From Malacoraja senta (Eukaryota): 64,000 bases of DNA. Positions 38,220-50,718 of this stretch are shown piece by piece. Within the stretch, counting starts at the first letter, position 1. The number at the start of each line of letters is the position of its first letter. The stretch covers positions 5,890,001-5,954,000 of the forward strand of contig CM075989.1 of assembly GCA_038087875.1 (NCBI GenBank), written 5' to 3'. The notes beneath the pieces were generated by a model. The model had not been told where the DNA came from and ran no database searches. It saw nothing but the letters and a program-made list of their open reading frames with translations. Made by a program: the position numbers and the translations under genes.

Positions 38220-38454
38220 AGATAGACTGAAAGCTGGGAGTAACTCAGCGGGCCAGGCAGCATCTCTGGAGAAAAGGAATGGGTGACATTTTGGGTCGAG
38301 ACCCTTCTTTAAGAATCTTCAGTGTGAAGATGGGTCTTGACCCGAAACGCCTCCTATTCCTTTTCTCCAGAGTTGCTGCCTGACCCGCTGAGTTACCCCC
38401 AGCTTTCAGTGTCTATCTTCAGTGTAAAGCAGCATATGCAGTTTCTTCCTACAC
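38220..38454. mobile_element. Penelope-derived fold-back element
   Basis: Two opposed hammerhead-like cores; aaatagttaacattga duplicated on both flanks. Confidence 0.85.
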
Positions 38455-38683
38455 AAATAGTTAACATTGACAGGAGCTAACAAAAAAAGAACAATGATCT
38501 TGTTTAGGTCATATTATGATGATAGGCACAAAAGCAAGAACTGGGCAGGGGGGGTTACTGCAGGGAATAAAATAACTAGAAGGGGTAGAAATATTCACTT
38601 TAATTTAAAGCACAAACTGATGACCAGCTGGCTGTACTGCCAACCCTTCCCTGTCTCTTGTGGATGCAAAGCATTTCTCTCAT

Positions 38684-38922
38684 TGAAGATAGACACAAAA
38701 ATCTGGAGTAACTCAGCGGGACAGGCAGCATCTCCGAAGAGAAGGAATGGGTAACATTTCAGGTTGAGACTCTTCTTCAGACTGGTGATAAACCTCAGAA
38801 GGATCTCGACCCGAATCGTCACCCATTCCTCCTCTCCCGAGATGCTGCCTGTCCCGCTGAGTTACTCCAGCTTTTTGTGTCTATCTTCGGTTTAAACCAG
38901 CACCTGCAGTTCCTTCCTACAC
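38684..38922. mobile_element. Penelope-derived fold-back element
   Basis: Inverted arms with opposed cores. Confidence 0.8.
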
Positions 38923-39469
38923 ATCGTCTGTCACTGAGTTGGCTTTAATCCAGCGACAGGTTCTCAGAGGTCTGGGGGATGGGGTGGTGTCGGGGGGGGG
39001 GGGGTGGTGGAGGGCAGATGGGTGAGCCTGTGTTTCGTTCCCCTCAAACTGAGCGTGAAAACGCTTTGCTAAAGAGACAGTGTTGACATTCCGACCTTTC
39101 CAGCCCTTTTATTCAACCTCGAGCCTCCCCCCCCACCCCCGATGGAATCTTCACACGCCATACTTTAATGATAAATGCCTTCAGACCTGCTGCATTCTCA
39201 TTTCCCAGTGGAGGCTTCAAATGAAATGGTCTGGTTGATATCCCAAGGCTCTGCTAAAAATAATCTGTCATTTGTGTATTTTTGAGGGCTGCGCCTTTTT
39301 GTGGTGACGTCTCCTTAACGTAAAGGCGATAGGTGTGGAGTTTTGGACGTGACCCCCTGTTACGGCCATCATTTATTTATGCTTCTTGTCCGTGGGAGGA
39401 ATCACAAAACTTTTTATATCCAAACATGCCTTCTGCAGGAGTGCGGGGATATGCAGCGGTGATGTTAGT

Positions 39470-39767
39470 AGCACGGTGGCGTAGCGGTAGCATTGCTGCC
39501 TTACAGCGTCAGAGACCCGGGTTCGATCCTGACTACCGCTGCTGTCAGTACAGAGTCTGTACGTTCTCCCCGTGACCGCATGGGTTTTCTCTGGGTGCTC
39601 CAGTTTCCTCCAAAGACAGACATGTTTGTAGGTTAATTGGCTTCGGTAAAATACTAAATTGTCCCTTGTGTGTGCAGTATAGTGTTAGTGTGCGGGGATC
39701 GCTGATTGGTGCGGACTCAGTGGGACGAGCGGCCTGTTTCCGTACTGCATCTTTAAACTAAACTAAA
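39470..39767 (+). mobile_element. V-SINE
   Basis: Full copy. Confidence 0.9.
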
Positions 39768-39804
39768 AAAAAAAACTGTCTTTGCATTTCATTCAGGAAC
39801 TTAG

Positions 39805-40135
39805 AGTTTGGAGTCATACAGCGTGGAAAAAACCTTCTTGTCCCAACTTGCCCACACCAACCAACATGTCCCATCTACACAAGTCCCACCTGCCTGCAAT
39901 TGGCCCATATCCATCTAAACCTATCCTATCCATGAACCTATCTAAATGTTTATTAAACTTTGTGATAGCAACTGCCTCAGCTACCTCCTCCGGCAACTCA
40001 TTCCATACACCCATCACCCCTAGTGTGAAGAAGTTACCCTTCATGTTCCTATTAAATCTTTAGTTCTCGATTCCCCGACACTGGGCAAGAGACTCTATGC
40101 GTCTACTCGATCTATTCCTCTCATGATTTTGTACA
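39805..40135 (-). mobile_element. CR1-clade 3' end
   Basis: Encodes KGNFFTLGVMGVWNELPEEVAEA; VYKIMRGIDRVD. Confidence 0.85.
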
Positions 40136-40344
40136 CCATTAAAGTTCGGCAAGTGACTACCCAAGAGAGAACCTCCGGCTTGGGACAAAATATGGAATCA
40201 AACCCGCGAATGGCAGTTTCACTGTCCTCCTGATTAATCCTACTGATCGCATGCGTCATTGTCACCTTCCCCATAGCTAACAATGAACCATTCTACATTT
40301 CTTTGACCATCGTCCATTCTTTGATCTGTTGCTTTCACACCTTA

Positions 40345-40890
40345 AGGGCCTGTCCCACCAGCATGCGATTGCATGCGTCTAGCGCGACCAAACGTGGTGG
40401 CTTGAGGCGTACGGCCTCGCGGGGCCGGTCCCACTTCCAACCGCGGAGCCGTCTGGAGTTGTGCGGGGCTGGTCCCGACATCATACTCACCAATCAGCTG
40501 GGCAGGAGGCGGGCCGACTGAATTTGGACGTCGCACGGCGTCGGGCGGTTACGTCATCACGCAACGGCACGCCGGGCGGTGACGTCATCGCGAAAGCCGT
40601 CAAGACGCTGCGTACGGCGTCAAGACGCTGCGTTCAGCGTCAAGATGCAGCGTGCGGCGTCGAGGCGGTGTGTGCGGCCTCCATGCGGCAGCGGGCCAGC
40701 AGGCCTTTGCTGCGCGGAATTTTTGAACTGTCAGTTTTTCAGAGCTCCGCGCGATGTCGGGACCAGCTCCGCACAACTCCATGCGGCTCCGGCGATCGAA
40801 GTGGGACCGGCCCCGCGAGGCCGCACGGCTAGCGCGACCATGTTAGGTCGCGCTAGCCGCATGCAGTCGCATGCTCGTGGGACAGGCCCT
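40345..40890. mobile_element. CpG-rich palindromic Harbinger-type MITE inside a Penelope 3' UTR (about 40255-41055)
   Basis: TTA|AGGGCCTGTCCCAC...GTGGGACAGGCCCT|TTA. Confidence 0.9.
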
Positions 40891-41186
40891 TTACTCTTCC
40901 ATATTTCAAGTGTCCTCTTTTCTCTGAAGAAGGGTCTCGACCCGAAACACCACCCATTCCTTCTCCCCAGAGATGCTACCTGTCCCACCGAGTTACTCCA
41001 GCATTTTGTGTCTATCTTAGGTTTAATCCAGCATCTGCAGTTCCTTCCTACACAAAGTATTGGAACAGTTAAGTCTGGGGGCAGCAAAGTCATAGATGAG
41101 GTCCTCTGAAGCTTATAATAATAATAATAGATTTTATTTATATAGCTGGCTTAAAGAACAGTTGAAATCAGTATTGACCTCATCTG

Positions 41187-41505
41187 AAGGTAGACACAAA
41201 AAGCTGGAGTAACTCAGCATGCCTAGAGTAGAGAATAGGTGACGTTTCGGGTCGAGACTCTTCGCCTGGACAAAGAGTAGAGGGGAGATGGCCAATATAA
41301 AGTGTCAAACTCGATTTGCCAGGATAACACACAAAACATAGTATTTCACTGTGGCGACCAAGCTAGATTCACGTGGACATACTTGAGAGACTCGAAACGT
41401 CACCTACTCCTTTTCCCCAGGGATGCTGCCGGATCCTCTGAGTTACTCCAGCGTCGTGCGTCCACCTTTGGTTTAAACCAGCATGTGCAGTTCCTTCCGA
41501 CACAC
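41187..41505. mobile_element. Penelope-derived fold-back element with internal spacer
   Basis: Inverted arms; ttgacctc(a/c)tctga flanking duplication. Confidence 0.7.
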
Positions 41506-42371
41506 TTGACCTCCTCTGACATCTGCTCACTCACACCCTGCCAGGTACCATTCAACAGCTGGGAGTCAGGTTGCTTCGAAAACAATGGAGTCACCTTTTG
41601 CCAAGAAGTGAGGCCATGATCATCACATCCACCATTTGCCAAGGAACAAGAGAAAGAGAAGCATCATCACAATCCCATCTGCTCAACAGACCACAGCCAG
41701 GTCTTCTTTGCGAGAAGCCACAAGGAAATTTGCAGCAGAGGTTCTGCCAAGGACAACAGATGAAGGAAGTGCTGTAACTGGTAGTGCTTGTTCCTCTACA
41801 TCAACAATGTACAGACCCAAGAGTTTGAGGACGCAACATGTGCCGCCATTCCATCCATTTTTGAGCAAGTGCTCCGTTATTCCTGTTGTCATCGGTGGAA
41901 TGAGATTTTTTTTTAAACTGAGATCCCTTTTCCAGAATACTGAGGGGCTAAATTAGCATGGAAATTATTAGCCAGGCTAGTAATCCAAAGACCAAATCCA
42001 AACAAACATGTTCAAATCCCACCAGTGCAATGGAGGAATTTAAATTTAGATAATTAAAAAAATCTGGACTAAAATGACCAGGGATGCATTGCAATTTCAG
42101 TCAATTGCAATGACCTGAAATTAGCAGATTATTGTAAAAAGATCATGGATTTCCATTTGGGAAAGACAACTGCCAGTCCTTGGATCCCTCAATGAGGCTC
42201 CAAACCCCTTACAATGACGCCAACAGCCCTCGGAAATCACCCATCCAGACATCCATGTTCAATGAGTCAAGGGTACTTTATTGTCACCTGTGAGATTCCT
42301 TGGTACACAAACAAATCGCCACGTTTCTGGCTCTGACGAAGTTACGTACGAGCTAAGTACGCATCAGACAT

Positions 42372-42755
42372 CATAGAAACATAGAAAATAGGTGCAGTAG
42401 TAGGCCATTCGGCCCTTCGAGCCTGCACCGCCATTCATTATGATCATGGCTGATCATCCAACTCAGTATCCTGTACCTGCCTTCTCTCCATACCCCCTGA
42501 TCCCTTTAGCCACAAGGGCCACATCTAACTCCCTCTTAAATATAGCCAATGAACTGGCCTCAACTACCTTCTGTGGCAGAGAGTTCCACAGATTCACCAC
42601 TCTCTGTGTGAAAAATGTTTTTCTCATCTCGGTCCTAAAGGATTTCCCCTTTATCCTTAAACTGTGACCCCTTGTCCTGGACTTCCCCAACTTCGGGAAC
42701 AAACTTCCTGCATCTAGCCTGTCCAACCCCTTAAGAATTTTGTAAGTTTCTATCA
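42372..42755 (-). mobile_element. CR1/HER1-type LINE 3' end
   Basis: Encodes LIETYKILKGLDRLDAG...FFTQRVVNLWNSLPQKVVEA. Confidence 0.92.
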
Positions 42756-42899
42756 GAATCATGTTGGCCCCTCTTAGTTCTCGGCGGCCCTTCCACGCCA
42801 GGTCCCTCTTCGTTCTTGATGCCCCGCATCACGCCGGGTCCCTCTTCGCCCTTGGCAACGCGGACCGTCCACCTGGGCCCGACCGTCGAGACTCATTTA

Positions 42900-43110
42900 C
42901 GATATGATACAATACAATATTATACGATAGAACTTTATTTATTCCAGGAGGGAAAATTGATCTGCCAACAGTCATAAAACCACAAAATACATGAAACATG
43001 AAATTAAAGTGACGAGTGGAAAGGATTGGGGATGTGCAAAGATTGGGGGGGTGGGTGGGGTCAGCCTACCCCACGACAGAAAGGGGAGGAGTTGTACAGG
43101 GAAGAAGGAT
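42900..43110 (-). mobile_element. Rex1/L2-type LINE tail
   Basis: Same family as 9995-10330; cctggaataaataaagttct(atcgt)n end. Confidence 0.75.
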
Positions 43111-43256
43111 CTCTTCTTATTTGGAGTGCTGATTGGGAGCGTATGGAACATTGATGCTAACATCGATCTCCAGGCCACGCACAAATAGAAGGGTGCTGTT
43201 TGAATTTGAGGAGAGCCTTCTCTTGATGTCTTGCCTGATGTCCCTGCCTCATCCAG

Positions 43257-43368
43257 CAACAGAATAACTTCCCAGTCTGCTGAGCTGTCGGCACGTCGTC
43301 AGAATGCCCTGACCTGCCTGAGAAATGCGAGGTTATTTCTAGATTATCTCGGCTGTTCACTTCAAGAT
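43257..43368 (+). CDS. Candidate coding exon (NRITSQSAELSARRQNALTCLRNARLFLDYLGCSLQD)
   Basis: Pyrimidine-rich acceptor ...cctcatccag|, donor GAT|gtgaga, open frame with CpGs; no recognised homology. Confidence 0.3.
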
Positions 43369-43717
43369 GTGAGATTTTTCATCATAATTTTGATGCTTTA
43401 ATTTTTCATGGAATTATTTTTTTAAGGAATATTTTTCAATGCTAGTCCAAAGGAAAAACACCAGATATAATGTAAATCTGAAAAGAGATTCAGGAAAAGT
43501 TGGATGTACTCTGATCCAAGATGGCGTCCAACCTGTGCGACTCTTTGCGAGCCGGTCACAGAAGTGGATCTGCAATCACACATTACAATCACTCCACTCT
43601 TTTAAATCTATTCACGTTATTTCCTTTATCATGTATCTGTGGATGGCTCCATTGTAATCATGTATTATTATTCTGCCGACTGGTTAGCACACAACCAAAG
43701 CTTTTCGCTGTACCTGG

Positions 43718-43995
43718 GAACGGTGGCGTAGCGGTAGAGTTGCTGCCTTACAGCATCAAAGACCTGGGTTCAGGACCCTGACTACAGGTGCTGCCTGCAC
43801 GGGGTTTGTACGTTCTCCTTGTGACCTCTGTGGGTTTTCTCTGGGTGCTCTGGTTTCCTCCCACACACGAAAGATGTACAGGTTTGTAGGTTTATTGGTA
43901 AAATTTGTAAATTGTCTAAAATAGTGGGATCACTAGTCGGCATGGACATGGTGGGATGAAGGACCTGTTTCCACGCTGTATCTCTAGACTAAACT
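43718..43995 (+). mobile_element. V-SINE
   Basis: Head, V-domain and tail. Confidence 0.85.
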
Positions 43996-44470
43996 TTAAC
44001 AAAAACTGTGAAAACAAACTCAACGCAACTCAATGCAAGTCAGGCAGCTTCCATGGAGTGAGAAACAGAGTTACCATGATGGCTTTATTAAATGTTTTAC
44101 CCTTGCAAGCAAAGAACCATACCAACTGTACCGAGATAGCTGAATCCTCTGGGCTGATGAAAATGTTAAGAATATCCAAGCTGTATCCCTGAATAAAGGA
44201 GGAGAAAAAAGAAGAGTCATGAGTCAAGATTGGTTTCTGGTCACATGTACCAAAACGCAAGATTGAACTTCTTCCTTGAAGCGGCAGAACAGGTTTGTAA
44301 ACACCGTACTCAGTGGATAATATAATAAGCAAACAAAAAAATATTCAATAAATTAAAAAAAACTATATGATGCAAAAAACAGAACAAAGCACAAAGTCCC
44401 CCGTGTAACCAAGGCAGTCGGCTACCAAACCAATCCTGGCATCTGTTGCTCACCATAAAATTGTTCCATC

Positions 44471-44768
44471 AGTTTAGTTTAGTTTGGAGATACAGCACGG
44501 AGTCCATACCTACCAGCGATCCCCGTACATTAACATTATCCTACACACATTGGGGACAATTTTCACATTTACCAAGGCAATTTACCTACATACCTGTATG
44601 TCTTTGCAGTGTGGGTGGAGACCGAAGATCTCGGAGAAAACCTACGCAAGTCACGGGGGAACGTATGAACTCCATACAGACAGCACCAGGAGCCGGGATC
44701 CAATCCAGGTCTCCGGTGCTGTAAGCGCTGTAAGGCAGCAACTCTATCCCTGTGCCACCATGCCACCC
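44471..44768 (-). mobile_element. V-SINE
   Basis: Reverse copy. Confidence 0.88.
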
Positions 44769-45315
44769 TGAGGTGGGCTCTTCAGGAAAGATCAATTGAA
44801 TGCGCATTACAAGATTGCATCACAGGGTTTGAGTGTGGAGTTGTTGACATCCATTATCTGGGCTATTCTATGTCACATAATAATCTGACCGTCTACTGAA
44901 ATCGCAGCGCACACTCAGGGTCCATGTACAGTAATATCCCTTTGGCGCAAGGCCACAGGAATTTACGCTTTGTCTCTATTCTAAACTAAATCCTTCCTAA
45001 CTCCTGACCTCCAAACTCTCGAACTTAATCCTTGAAAAGAACAAGCAACCTAACTCCACCAAAGCCCTTAGCCCAATTTCTAAATTCTAAGTTAACCCAT
45101 AAAATGCTAATCCTTAACTCTAAACCTTAAACCAGCACTTACTGAATTCTTAGTACCTAACACCTCACCTCACACTAAATGACCCTTGGGGAATTCAGCA
45201 CAATTCTAAGCATGGCTATTCATTTCACACAACACATCCTCTTTTGGAAAAATGCATATTTAACGTTACCACTTCAACGTACCTCCAGCTTGGGGTGAGT
45301 AAACAACTAGTAAAG

Positions 45316-45528
45316 GATGTAGGAAAGAACTGCAGATGCTGGTTTAAATCGGAGGTAGACATAGGATGCTGGAGTAACTCAGCGGGACAGGCAGCATCTC
45401 TGGAGAGAAGGAATGGGTGACCTTTCGGGTCGAGATTGAAGAAAGGTCTCGACCCGAAACGTCACCCATTCCTTCTCTCCAGAGATGCTGCCTGTCCCGC
45501 TGAGATACTCCAGCATTTTGTGTCGACC
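45316..45528. mobile_element. Penelope-derived fold-back element
   Basis: Inverted arms; aaacaact(a/t)gtaa flanking duplication. Confidence 0.8.
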
Positions 45529-45541
45529 AAACAACTTGTAA

Positions 45542-46060
45542 AGGGCCTGTCCCAATGCGGTGACCTAATCCGCGAGTTCAGAAGAGTTTGCCCTCGACTC
45601 ATACTCGCAGCATGGTCGACACGAGGTCCTAGGAGGTCTTTGTAACTCTCCTTCATGCTCGAGAGTAGACCCCGCGTACTCGAGGCCTCAGCTGGGTCAC
45701 GGCGTATTTTTCAACATGCTGAAAAATGCACGCGAGTAACAAAAGGCCGCCATGGAAAAAATCGATATTTTTTTACTCGTAGGTTTAGTCGTTGAAGGTC
45801 GTAGTAGGTCGGCATGTTACTCGTAGGTAATCGAGGGTAGTCGTAGATAGTCTTCATCATAGTCGAAGGGAGGTCGAAGGAGATCGAAGGAGGTCGTCTT
45901 CACTCTCGACTATTCGGTCCAATTTTCCCGTAGCTAATCATAGCTAGTCTTCAACATAGTCGAAGGAGGTCTTCTCCATAGTCGAAGGAGGTCTTCAACA
46001 TGACACTTTTTCAAACTCTTCTAAACTTGCCAATTAGGTCGCCGCAGTGGGATAGCCCCT
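45542..46060 (-). mobile_element. Harbinger-type MITE, same subfamily as 12372
   Basis: TIRs, TAA TSD. Confidence 0.9.
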
Positions 46061-46264
46061 TAAAGCTGGACAGAAAGCAAGGAAGAAAGTGTGCCAAAGG
46101 AAAGTGGGATCCAGAATTACAGGAGACAAGAATAACAAGAGAGGTTGCTTAAACCATAACCTTATGCCAAAGATGTGGTGGCTAACAATTGCAGATCCAA
46201 GGCTACAGAGACATGGAATGGCAAGGGGTTAACCGCATTAATCCATTAAACCATCTTTTTTTGT

Positions 46265-46548
46265 CAGGAGTAGGGGAATCGAGAACCAGAGGACGTGGGT
46301 TTAAGGTGAGGGGGGAAGAACCTGAAGGGAATCTTTTTTACCCAAAGGGTGGTAGGTATAAGGAATGAACTGCTTGAGGAGATGGTTCAGACAAGTACTA
46401 TCATAACATTAAAACATGTTTTTGACAGGTACATAGATAGGATAGGTTTAGAGAGATATTGACCATACAAGGGGAGGTGGGACTGGTGTAGAAGGGGCAT
46501 GTTGGGCAAGTTGGGCTGAAGGGCCTGTTTCCACATTGTATGACTCTA
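46265..46548 (+). mobile_element. CR1-clade 3' end
   Basis: Encodes GESRTRGRGFKVRG, followed by UTR. Confidence 0.8.
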
Positions 46549-46801
46549 GTACCAAGGCAAGTACAGAGGTCAGAATTGTTGATAACAATCTTTGATTCCA
46601 ATCAATGATGGCAAGATGGCTGATCTTTTAATTAATTACCAGGAATTGTTCTGTGGCTCTGAAAGTGTTATATAGCAAACTCAGTGTATTGCATTCTGCC
46701 TCAGAAATTCAGTCCATGATCTACAGAGTTGCAGAAGAAGCGAGCTGTGAAGAGACAATAATCCTTTTAGAATGGCTGGGGATGAATTTCTAGACAAACG
46801 T

Positions 46802-48160
46802 TTTAGTTTTTGAGATGCAGCGTGAAAACAGGCCCTTCGGCTCACCGAGTCCACACCAGCCATCGATCGCCCGTTCACACTTGTTCTACTTTATCCCATT
46901 TTTGCATGCACTCCCTGCACTTTAAGGGCAATTTTATAGTGGACAATTAATAGCAATGTTACATAATTTTGACATTTAAAAAATCTAGTCTGCAATTTAT
47001 CCCATCAGATAAAGCATAAAAAGAAGTTTAATTTGACACCTAATTCACTTTCATATCTTCAGTATTAAAAAAGTTATGGCCATTTTCATACTCGGAAATT
47101 AGCATCTTGTTCCCTATTGCTTTTCCATTGACTTAACAAAAAAGCTGAGATCAAGGACAGTCAAAAGCCCATAACTTTCTTAAAAATTAAGAGAACTGAA
47201 TGAAATTTTCAGTTATTATAGATTGAAGCATTCTGAAACAAATATGAAACAATGTTACTTGGATGACCTGAAATTAAAACATATAATTAGTTAGTTACCC
47301 AATTGTAGCTAATTACAAAATTCAATTACTAAATCTAAACATCTATCAATTTCTTAAGAAAAGGTTAACATTTTTTAAAAAGCCTAAGTGTCCAAATAAC
47401 ATTCACACAAGAATTCACAATATAACATGATTTTTATATCTCATTGTCATGAATTTATAGGCCAAATGGAAGGAATTTAGTGTTTAATTCCTGTAAATTA
47501 ATGGCCATTTAAATCATCTTGCGAGTGGGATTTTGTGGAACGCGCTGGTTTGGAACGTTGCATTTGCACTGAATTAAACCCCAATATCGGCATGAAAAAT
47601 ACTGCCGGTTGGTATATTTACATAATGACATTTTCGCAACTTGAAATTTTTATTAAAGGCATCCTAAGAAGCTAGTTTATATGAAAAAATAAACGCCGTT
47701 TTTTTACCTGTCCCGTGCGTGAAATCCGTCCCCGTTGTCGGCTTTGACGGCTTTAGAAGATGCTTTTTAATTTACTCCTGTTATGAAATTATCCAGTCCA
47801 GTTTAAAATAGATTTAATAAAACCGATGTCGAAGCGATTTTTCTTCAGCTTCTAAACAGCCTTTTCAAAATCGATTTGAATAGTCTGGAGAAATACTGCA
47901 TTTTAAACCTGCCCCCCTCGCAAAGGCGCCAAAGTCGCGCATACGGGCAGTGACAGAACTGCAGCGCCGCTGAAGGTAAGTTTTGTAACATACCTACAAT
48001 TAACCTACAACCCCGCACGTTTTGGGGATGTGGGCGGTAGCCCAAGCAGTCACAGAAAGAACGTGCAAACTCCGCACAGTCAGCACCCAAGGTCAGGATC
48101 GAACCTGGATCTTTGTTGCTGTGAGTCAGCAGCTCTACTAGCTGTGCCACTGTGCTACCC
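46802..48160 (-). mobile_element. V-SINE split by a TIR element
   Basis: Tail 46802-46950; head resumes at 47997. Confidence 0.8.
46951..47996. mobile_element. Non-autonomous TIR DNA transposon, hAT-like, 7-bp TSD
   Basis: TAGCAATGTTACATAATTT / AAGTTTTGTAACATACCTA imperfect TIR; CAATTAA at 46944-46950 and 47997-48003. Confidence 0.8.
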
Positions 48161-49417
48161 TAATGTTCTATTGGCTAGTTTTTCTTTCAATACAAGACAA
48201 ACCTACATTTCTAAAGCACTTATCATCCCCAAGGCCAATGGAGCACCTCTGATGTAAAGTCACTGTTAACATGGCCAGAGAAGCTGTTTCATATTGTTAA
48301 GAGGGGAGAATTTTAGCCTCGGATGGTCAAGTGAACTCCTCTGCACTTTTCCAGTATTGTGCTGTGGAATATTTTATGTATCTCCAGATTAACTGCTGCA
48401 CTTTTTTCTCTGCACTTTCTCTGCAGCTGTAATGTTATAACTAGAGCCAGGATGTTTAGGCTCTAAAGATCTCTGAAATAGGCAGGCAAAAAGGCATAAT
48501 AAAATTACAAAAAAGGCATGAATAAGGCATTTATTGACAGAAAAGGCATAACGGCATGTATTTCCACCACCAAAATATAGTTAAAAATAATAATATAAAG
48601 GTATTCTACATTAAATGACCAAAGTTGCCTGGTTGCACATAATTGCTAGCATTTATTGCAAATTATCTTGTGTTAAACTATGTTGTCTGTTGGACAGAAT
48701 ATGCTTCAGTTGTGAAAAACGTCTTTCTACCTCATCTGAGGTCACTGGTGCATACCCGAAACAAGCTACAGATTCTATATTCATGTCGATATCCTGTGCA
48801 TTATAACTACCTTTGAGAACTTTAGTTATGTTTTGTATTTCTTCAAGATCTTTGTTAGTTAAAATAGTAAGATTAAACAAGAACTTACCAGTTTGAAGTT
48901 TGATCTTTATTTTATGAAGGAGTTACGTTGGTGATTACGTGAAGAAGACCCGTCAGGGCGCATGCGCGTCAATCTTCAAAGCAGCGATATGAAATCACAG
49001 ACAACACCATAATTGAAGTAACATATTAAGATGATCAACATGAGAACTACCATTATGACCTTTTTTCTATGAGAGAGGGTTGGGCGTGGCGGGCACGTAA
49101 TCACCAACGTAACTCCTCATAAAATAAAGATCAAACTTCAAACTGGTAAGTTCTCGTTTAATCTTACTATTTTACTTCGGAGTCACATGAGTGACTACGT
49201 GAAGATTTTAAAGCTCTGTGATTTTTATGCCGCAGATCAAAATCCCGGCTTCTCACTGCATCGATTGACTCTGAGTATCATCAATAATGCTGTAAACATG
49301 ACATTGCATATCATGCTAAAACAAAACAGTTTTATTTTTGGTCATAAAACAACCAATAAACCCTCTTAATGTAGGGGCAACAAACGAAACAGAATGAAAC
49401 AGTATTGAAAACAGACT

Positions 49418-50390
49418 TTAAACAATAGCAACAGCACTCAATATTGAGTTGGCAAACAGCCCTCCATCGGCAATCGGCCGATGGTAGTATTGCTGAAACA
49501 CAAGTTCATTTTTCCAACCTGCGGCTTGTAATATATGGTCGATGGGAACGTCCATCGCCCTGACCGCGGATGTTGCTACTGCGCTAGTGGAATGAGATGT
49601 AAACACATAAATGTTAATTCCTGCCTGAACCAACTCTTGCTTTAACCACGTTGAGATAGTCTGAACTGCCACTCTTTTATGTTGCCTTCTTGTAACTGAC
49701 AAATAATCCTGTTTCTTCTTGTCTTAAAGCCCTTGTGGCTTCAATGTAATGTAAGAAATGTGTCCTTACACATAAACATAGAGCTGTAGGATATGCTGAG
49801 AACACAATCTTAAATCCTGTCACACCTGGCCTGCTTTGTTTGAGCAGGTCATAAATATAAAACAGAACATTCTCTGTAGTCACTTCCATTCTATCGAACT
49901 GAAGTGTTTGGAAAGTCTGCACTCTCTGTGCTGACACCAATGCCATTAGCATAGCCAATTCTCATGGTTAATTTTAACAAAGTTATAGACGTGACAGGGA
50001 CCGAATGACGAAGCATGTTAAGAACAACGCTTACATCCCAGATTATCATATACCTAGGCTTAGGCGGTTTGGAATTAAAGATTCCTTTCATCAACCTAGA
50101 TATGAGAGGGTGAGAACCTATACTTTGTGTCCGTGTACCTATTACAAGATATGCCGACAAAGCACTTCTAGCTGTATTGATAGCAGTATAGCTAAGACCC
50201 TCATCATAATAAAGTGTAGATAAAACTCTAACACATTTTCAATAACTACAGTATCATATTGAATATTCTTTTGAACACAATATTATTCCCATTTTTTTCA
50301 TGTCATCTACTGCTTTTGAGTACTCTTTCTCCAGGCTGCAGTGAGTATATCCACCGTTGGCCTAGAAAGTCCTCGACCAATGTAAGGCAT
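49418..50390 (-). pseudogene. DIRS tyrosine recombinase, disrupted
   Basis: PPKPRYMIIWDV, SAQRVQT, FTSHSTSA, AAGW, FQQYYHRP. Confidence 0.9.
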
Positions 50391-50394
50391 TCTT

Positions 50395-50717
50395 AAAAAC
50401 CTGCAAATTAACAGATCAATACGATCACATAACGGATGAACTTAACGCGTTACTGGATGCTCCAGCAAATTCCTCCTGTTTGGAACCAGCAAAAGGAGGT
50501 TGGATCGCTATCTATAACATCAGAGGGAACCATGGTTGCATCGGGCAATTTGGTATCACCAAAACCCCTGAAGCGGCATCCTGCTTGATTTTCTCAAACA
50601 CCGACCTATGAGGCAGTATGGTGGGAAAATGTACACAAACATATCATCCCAATTTAGTGAAAAAGCATCAATTGCCACTGACCCTGGATCTGGTGCCCAT
50701 GAAACATATTTTGGCCT
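50395..50717 (-). pseudogene. DIRS methyltransferase-like domain, partial
   Basis: KYVSWAPDPGSVAIDAFSLNWDDMFVYIFPPYCLI. Confidence 0.85.
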
Positions 50718-50718
50718 T

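Noticed and set aside
40303..41109. Several Arg/Ala-rich ORFs; possible CpG-island gene promoter
   Set aside because: Bounded by MITE TIRs and a TTA TSD
41545..41956. Unique sequence with a 106-aa ORF
   Set aside because: No convincing splice or start context and no homology recognised
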